Assembly: GCA_002269645.1 (NCBI GenBank)
Contig: NIVC01000415.1
Location: forward strand, 124,001-188,000
Source of the DNA: Macrostomum lignano
Lineage: Eukaryota
Direction: 5' to 3'
DNA: 64,000 nt
The notes beneath the pieces are model-generated. The model saw only the letters and a program-made list of their open reading frames with translations. It did no database searches and had not been told where the DNA came from. Each line of letters starts with the position of its first letter. Within the stretch, counting starts at the first letter, position 1. Position numbers and translations under genes: made by a program. Shown piece after piece: positions 58,327-64,000 of the stretch.

Positions 58327-60344
58327 TCAGTACTTGATGTCGTGCAGTGTCGGATCGTATTTAACATCGGCTTTACCACTAGACTTCTGCCGTTCCCTTT
58401 CCAGCTGCAGCTCTTTCTCTTTCAATAGAATCTTCAGCTGGTTCCTGTACAGGCTGGCGTCTCCGCCTCTGGATTCCACTGTCTGTATAGTGGCCGCGAT
58501 GTGATGCTCCATGGCCGGGTTTGGCCGGAACAGGCCTTTGCCGAATTCTTCCATGCCGAATTGCTCATCAATTGAGTTCTCCGGCCTGATGTACACGTAA
58601 GCTAGAAATATCACCGCACAGGTGCCAAGCACCAGGCGCTCGTATTTCCAGCGCTGCTTACCAGCTGGCGAACTGCGACCTACGGCCGCGTGCCAGGTAT
58701 TGATTTTAGAGTACTCAATGTACTCTTGCAGTTCATTATTGGGATCGGCACTGCGACGGGAATCGCCAGGCTCGCTACGGTTGGCAAGCGGTTCAGTGAG
58801 GCCGCTACGACCGGGTCTGATTGGCTTTGACGGTTGCAAGGATTTGTCCGAGACATTTCTGCTGCTGCTGCTGCTGATAGGCTGTCTGCGAAGTTTATTG
58901 TGATAGTATTTGGATTTTATTATTAGGTGTATTTGACTTGGTTGTCAGGTGTCTGATTTGATTGTCAGGTGACTTTGTTTTGATTGTCAGGTGACTTTGA
59001 TTTGATTGTCAGGTGACTTTGATTTGACTGTCAGGTGAATTTGACTTAATTGTCATGTCAGGTGAATTTGACTTGATTGTCAGGTGAATTTGACTTGATT
59101 GACAGGTGAATCTGACTTGACTGTCAGGTGAATTTGACTTGATTGACAGGTGATTTTGATTTGATTGACAGGTGAATTTGATTTGATTTTCGGATGACTT
59201 TCACTTGATTGTCAGGTGAATTTGACTTGATTGTTAGGTGTCTTTGATTTGATTGTCAGGTGACTTTGACTTGATTGTCAGGAGAATTTGGCTTGATTGT
59301 CAGGTGAATCTGACTTGATTGTCAGGAGAATTTGGCTTGATTGTCAGGTGTCTTTGATGTGATTGTCAGGTAAATTTGACTTGATTGTCAGGTGAATTTT
59401 GACTTGATTGTTAGGTGAATTTGACCTGATTGTCAGGTGAATTTGACCTGATTGTCAGGTGAATTTGACCTGATTGTCAGGTGAATCCGATCTAATTGTC
59501 AGGAGAATTTGAATTGATTGTTAGGTGTCTGACTTGAGTGTCAGATGCCTGACTTGAGTGTCAGATGCCTGACTTGAGTGTCAGATGCCTGACTTGAGTG
59601 TAAGATGCCTGACTTGAGTGTCAGATGCCTGACTTGAGTGTCAGATGCCTGACTTGAGTGTAAGATGCCTGACTTGAGTGTCAGATGCCTGACTTGAGTG
59701 TCAGATGCCTGACTTGAGTGTCAGATGCCTGACTTGAGTGTAAGATGCCTGACTTGAGTGTCAGATGCCTGACTTGAGTGTCAGATGCCTGACTTGAGTG
59801 TCAGATGCCTGACTTGAGTGTCAGATGCCTGACTTGAGTGTCAGATGCCTGACTTGAGTGTCAGATGCCTGACTTGAGTGTCAGATGCCTGACTTGAGTG
59901 TCAGGTGAATCTGACTTGATTGTCAGGTGAATTTGACTTGATTGTCAGGTGAATTTGACTTGATTGTCAGGTGACTTTGATTTGATTGTCAGGTGACTTT
60001 GATTTGATTTTCGGATGACTTTCACTTGATTGTCAGGTGACTTTGACTTGATTGTCGGATGAAGTAGATTTTCCTTGGCAAATGAATTTTACTTGATTTC
60101 TGAGCATTATGACTCTATAACAATTGTCAGTTGACATTCTGTGATCCTCGGCGGCCGGGTAACTAAGGGTGCAAGATATCTGATCCAACAAGTCGGTTTT
60201 TCGGTAGCAAAAACTGCATATTTACCTGGCCAGCAACAGAATCCTGGGCGGCAGGCTCTGTCGACAAAGGACGCAAAACCGCCAGGTAACTCCTGCTGTC
60301 ATGATAGCATGAGAGCGGGTGGAAGACCAGAAATTGATGCTCAT
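58327..60344 (-). CDS. Small mitochondrial single-pass protein resembling UQCC4 / CCSMST1 (C16orf91) family, 2 exons
   Basis: Exon 60344-60226 (or from ATG 60302) joins exon 58885-58327 in phase 2. The N-terminus is Arg/Ser-rich and presequence-like. The core IEYSKINTW...RWKYERLVLGTCAVIFLAYVYIRPENSIDEQF resembles the recalled family motif TM-REENDID. The family call is from memory. Confidence 0.6.
58930..60070. repeat. Nested 22-bp / 20-bp minisatellite in the UQCC4-like intron
   Basis: Outer TGTCAGGTGAATTTGACTTGAT units surround a homogeneous block of TGTCAGATGCCTGACTTGAG (about 59520-59900). Confidence 0.93.
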
Positions 60345-60412
60345 CTGATATAAGAACTGTATTTATGCATATTTGCTGCTTAGCATCCATAAGAGCCTAA
60401 CAGTAGCCCGGA

Positions 60413-61325
60413 AACTGAGGATCTGGGAGGCTGGCCCAGCAATTGAGGATCTGGGAGACTGGCCCAGCAACTGAGGATCTGAGAGGTTGGCCCAGCAACT
60501 GAGGATCTGGGAGGCTGGCACAGCAACTGAGGATCTGGGAGGCTGGCCCAGCAACTGAGGATCTAGAAGGCTGGCCCAGCAACTGAGGATTTGGGAGGCG
60601 GGCCTAGCAACTGGGGATCTGGGAAGCTGGCCCAGCAACTGAGGATCTGGGAGACTGGCCCAGCAACTGAGTATCTGGGTGGCTGGCACAGCAACTGAGG
60701 ATCTGGGAGACTGGCCCAGCAACTGAGGATCTGGGTGGCTGGCCCAGCAACTGAGTATCTGGGTGGCTGGCACAGCAACTGAGGATCTGGGTGGCTGGCT
60801 CAGCAACTGAGGATCTGAGAGGCTGGCACAGCAACTGAGGATCTGGGAGGCTGGCACAGCAACTGAGGATCTGGGAGGCTGGCCCAGCAACTGAGGATCT
60901 GGGAGGCTGGCCCAGCAACTGAGGATCTGAGAGGCTGGCCCAGCAACTGAGGGTCTGGGAGGCTGGCACAGCAACTGAGGATCTGGGAGGCTGGCCCAGC
61001 AACTGAGGATCTGGGAGGCTGGCCCAGCAACTGAGGATCTGAGAGGCTGGCCCAGCAACTGAGGATCTGGGAGGTTGGCCGAGCAACTGAGGATCTTGGA
61101 GGCTGGCCCAGCAACTGAGGATCTGGGAGGCTGGCCCAGCAACTGAGGATCTGAGAGGCTGCCCCAGCAACTGAGGATCTGGGAGGTTGGCCGAACAACT
61201 GAGAATCTGGGAGGCTGGCCCAGCAACTGAGTATCTGGGTGGCTGGCCCAGCAACTGAGTATCTGGGTGGCTGGCCCAGCAACTGAGGATCTGGGAAGCT
61301 GGCGCAGCAACTGAGGATCTGAGGT
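60413..61325 (-). repeat. 28-bp minisatellite, reverse complement of the 41148-41860 family
   Basis: (GAGGATCTGGGAGGCTGGCCCAGCAACT)n. Confidence 0.94.
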
Positions 61326-61876
61326 CCCATCTATAAAGAAAAAACAGCCACCAGAAAAAGCAGACTTGGCGAAATAAACTCTGACAAACAGTCGACACAG
61401 TTTATAAACACACGCAGCGGAGATACAAGCGAGCGAGCAGAGGCATGCTCGCGCAAGTTAAGCAAAATATTTCAATGCACGCTGAGATGCATTAAATTCC
61501 TACACAAAGCAGACTTTGCACTGGGTTAAAACTGGCATTTTAGCTGACAATAAAAACAATAATAGCTATATATTAGATTAAATTGCTGCAGATAATAAGT
61601 TAATTACGGTAATTGATAATAACCTACTCGTATCATCGGCAAATCGAATTCGGTTTGTAGATAGACATTCGGAATGAACTACTTACGTCAGTAGGATGTG
61701 TTAGAGTTGCTATTAGAGAATTTAGACAGAGACCCCTAATCAAGTAATTTATTATCTTAAAACTGGTTGATACGCAATAACAATAATGACGCGACACGTG
61801 CCGCACAGCAAAATCAGCGGTGCCTTCAAACTGAACGATTATGATTAGAAAATAAGTTAACGATGCTTAGATAAAT

Positions 61877-62513
61877 TCACAAATTTGGATTCTTAAATCG
61901 AGTCGCTTGTTGTCGAACTTTCTCGTCGTATTCTCGCCGATTTTGCCTGGAATTTAAAATTTACAAAGAATACGTATAAACTGACTGCACTACTTGAAGT
62001 AACGAGCTAAGTTTAATAGATTGTGTAATAATGTACAAATTTATATCACAATGCACAGTGGGATCACACACTGGCACACCAGAGCACACAGTGGGAGCAC
62101 ACACTGGCACACCAGAGCACACAGTGGGATCACACACTGGCACACCAGAGCACACAGTGGGAGCACACACTGGCACACCAGAGCACACAGTGGCATCACA
62201 CACCGGCACGGTGCTCAGAACTCACATGAAGCAGGTGTAGGCTTCAGCCTGAGCAGGATCCCGGATATTTGGCGCATCCAGCAGCTCCTGAATGCCCAGC
62301 AGAATCTGCTTGATTGTGACGGACGCGCGCCAGTCTTTCTCCTCGTCCAGCAGTGAGAGGCAGACGGTACCAGACGGATAGACATTCGGGTGAAATAGTG
62401 GCGGCTCAAACTTGCACTTCGGCGGCGAGCTGGGGTAGTCCTCCTGGGTGGGGAAAGATGGATAGACAGATAGATAGATGGATAGATAGATAGACAGATA
62501 GATAGATAGATGA

Positions 62514-62564
<51 letters not shown>

Positions 62565-62565
62565 C

Positions 62566-62649
<84 letters not shown>

Positions 62650-62700
62650 ATAGATAGATGATAGATAGATAGATAGATAGATAGGCTAGATAGATAGATG

Positions 62701-62768
<68 letters not shown>

Positions 62769-62788
62769 GATAGATAGATAGATAGATG

Positions 62789-62829
<41 letters not shown>

Positions 62830-62911
62830 ATAGATAGATGATAGATAGATAGATAGATAGATAGATAGGCTAGATAGATAGATGGATAGATAGATAGATA
62901 AATAGATAGAT

Positions 62912-62944
<33 letters not shown>

Positions 62945-62960
62945 GCTAGATAGATAGATG

Positions 62961-63041
<81 letters not shown>

Positions 63042-63092
63042 ATAGATAGATGATAGATAGATAGATAGATAGATAGGCTAGATAGATAGATG

Positions 63093-63188
<96 letters not shown>

Positions 63189-63189
63189 T

Positions 63190-63229
<40 letters not shown>

Positions 63230-63484
63230 TTAGATAATAACTCAAAGCGAGGCGAGCCCAACCTTAAAGTACATGCGCAGAGTGTACAGGCCGCCCTCCC
63301 AGATGGTGCCCCGGCGGCCGGGTATTTTGCAATCCCAGATCATCAGGTTCATCGTCCCGTCAGCGTTAGCCGCCGGCTTTGCAACGAAGCCGAACGGGTG
63401 GTCCTTGCGCCAGGCTTTGCGCTCCTCGCTTAGCCGGGCCAGAGCGATGCCGGAACTCTCGCCGCCTGCCTGTCTGAGCGCCAT
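61877..63484 (-). CDS. UBE2I: SUMO-conjugating enzyme UBC9, 3 exons, 169 aa
   Basis: Exons 63484-63263, 62443-62226 and 61946-61877 in phase. [42 protein letters not shown] (catalytic Cys), [22 protein letters not shown]. Confidence 0.97.
62053..62205. repeat. 33-bp minisatellite in UBC9 intron 2
   Basis: (CACAGTGGGA(T/G)CACACACTGGCACACCAGAGCA)n, about 4.5 copies. Confidence 0.9.
62457..63232. repeat. (GATA)n microsatellite filling UBC9 intron 1
   Basis: Tandem GATA occupies nearly all of intron 62444-63262. Confidence 0.96.
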
Positions 63485-63740
63485 GCTGTTGCCTTTAAAA
63501 AACTTCTTTTAAAATTTATTTTTGTGTAGTTTTGCGTAGTCACTTCACTGGAAGACACTCGAAGCAGCATGATATCATAATAATGAGATTTGATCAGCTT
63601 TATATTATCATTTATAAAGCCACAGATGGAATCGCGTGAAAAAACACTCACTGCTACCGCCGTCCCTATACATGCACAACCTCTACTACCCAAAAGAAAG
63701 TTAAACAAACAATTTATTCACGAAAAATTTGTTCCAATGT

Positions 63741-64000
63741 ATTACTTTCTTTTGTAAAAAGCATAAGGATTACACATGCTACCTCTGCCAGGAGGAGCAA
63801 GACCTTGTGTGCTACCAAGATGTCGCTGGTCTTGGTAAACTCAGCACTTCTCAAAATGATTCAATAGATTGACAACAGCAAGAACTCTTTGAAGTGTGTG
63901 CTGCTCTACAATGGGAACCAGTTTGCCTGAATCATTCTTGCATACTCCACAACTCTTGAAGAGAACTATGAAGCAGTGAAGTATGTGATTGACAAAATCC
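63741..64000 (+). pseudogene. Degenerate DNA-transposase fragment resembling Chapaev3 (CMC superfamily)
   Basis: ITFFCKKHKDY...EEQDLVCYQDVAGL, then a frameshift, then IDNSKNSLKCVLLYNGNQFA*IILAYSTTLEENYEAVKYVIDKI. This matches the recalled motif LFIDSSKxSLKxVLLHNGN. The superfamily call is from memory. Confidence 0.55.

Overview
Eukaryotic, intron-rich animal genomic DNA. It is probably a free-living flatworm such as Macrostomum; this is inferred only from GC-rich exons with polyQ, AT-rich spacers, (GATA)n tracts and dense minisatellites. I reconstructed 11 host protein-coding genes, 9 of them spliced with GT-AG sites and phase checks: stomatin (-), an intronless IER-like gene (+), hnRNP K (-), a Gab/DOS adaptor (-), homogentisate 1,2-dioxygenase (+), an intronless matrin/U1-type zinc-finger gene (+), a two-domain GPI-anchored Ly6/uPAR protein (+), a claudin/PMP22-superfamily tetraspan (+), a UQCC4/CCSMST1-like mitochondrial protein (-) and UBC9 (-). 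Mobile DNA includes a defective Ty3/Gypsy (Mag-like) LTR element in the first intron of the Ly6 gene, three copies of a tRNA-derived SINE-like family, several hAT, PIF/Harbinger and Tc1-type MITEs (one composite and nested), and a Chapaev3-like transposase remnant. About 20 tandem arrays are present, and most long introns hold their own private array. The most interesting leads are a possible spliced-leader-donated start codon for HGD, the one-intron-one-satellite architecture with a shared GAGTGAC core, a composite hAT element with cargo, and a conserved SINE core. No CRISPR, rRNA or intact tRNA gene was seen. Most long ORFs in the supplied track are repeat artefacts.
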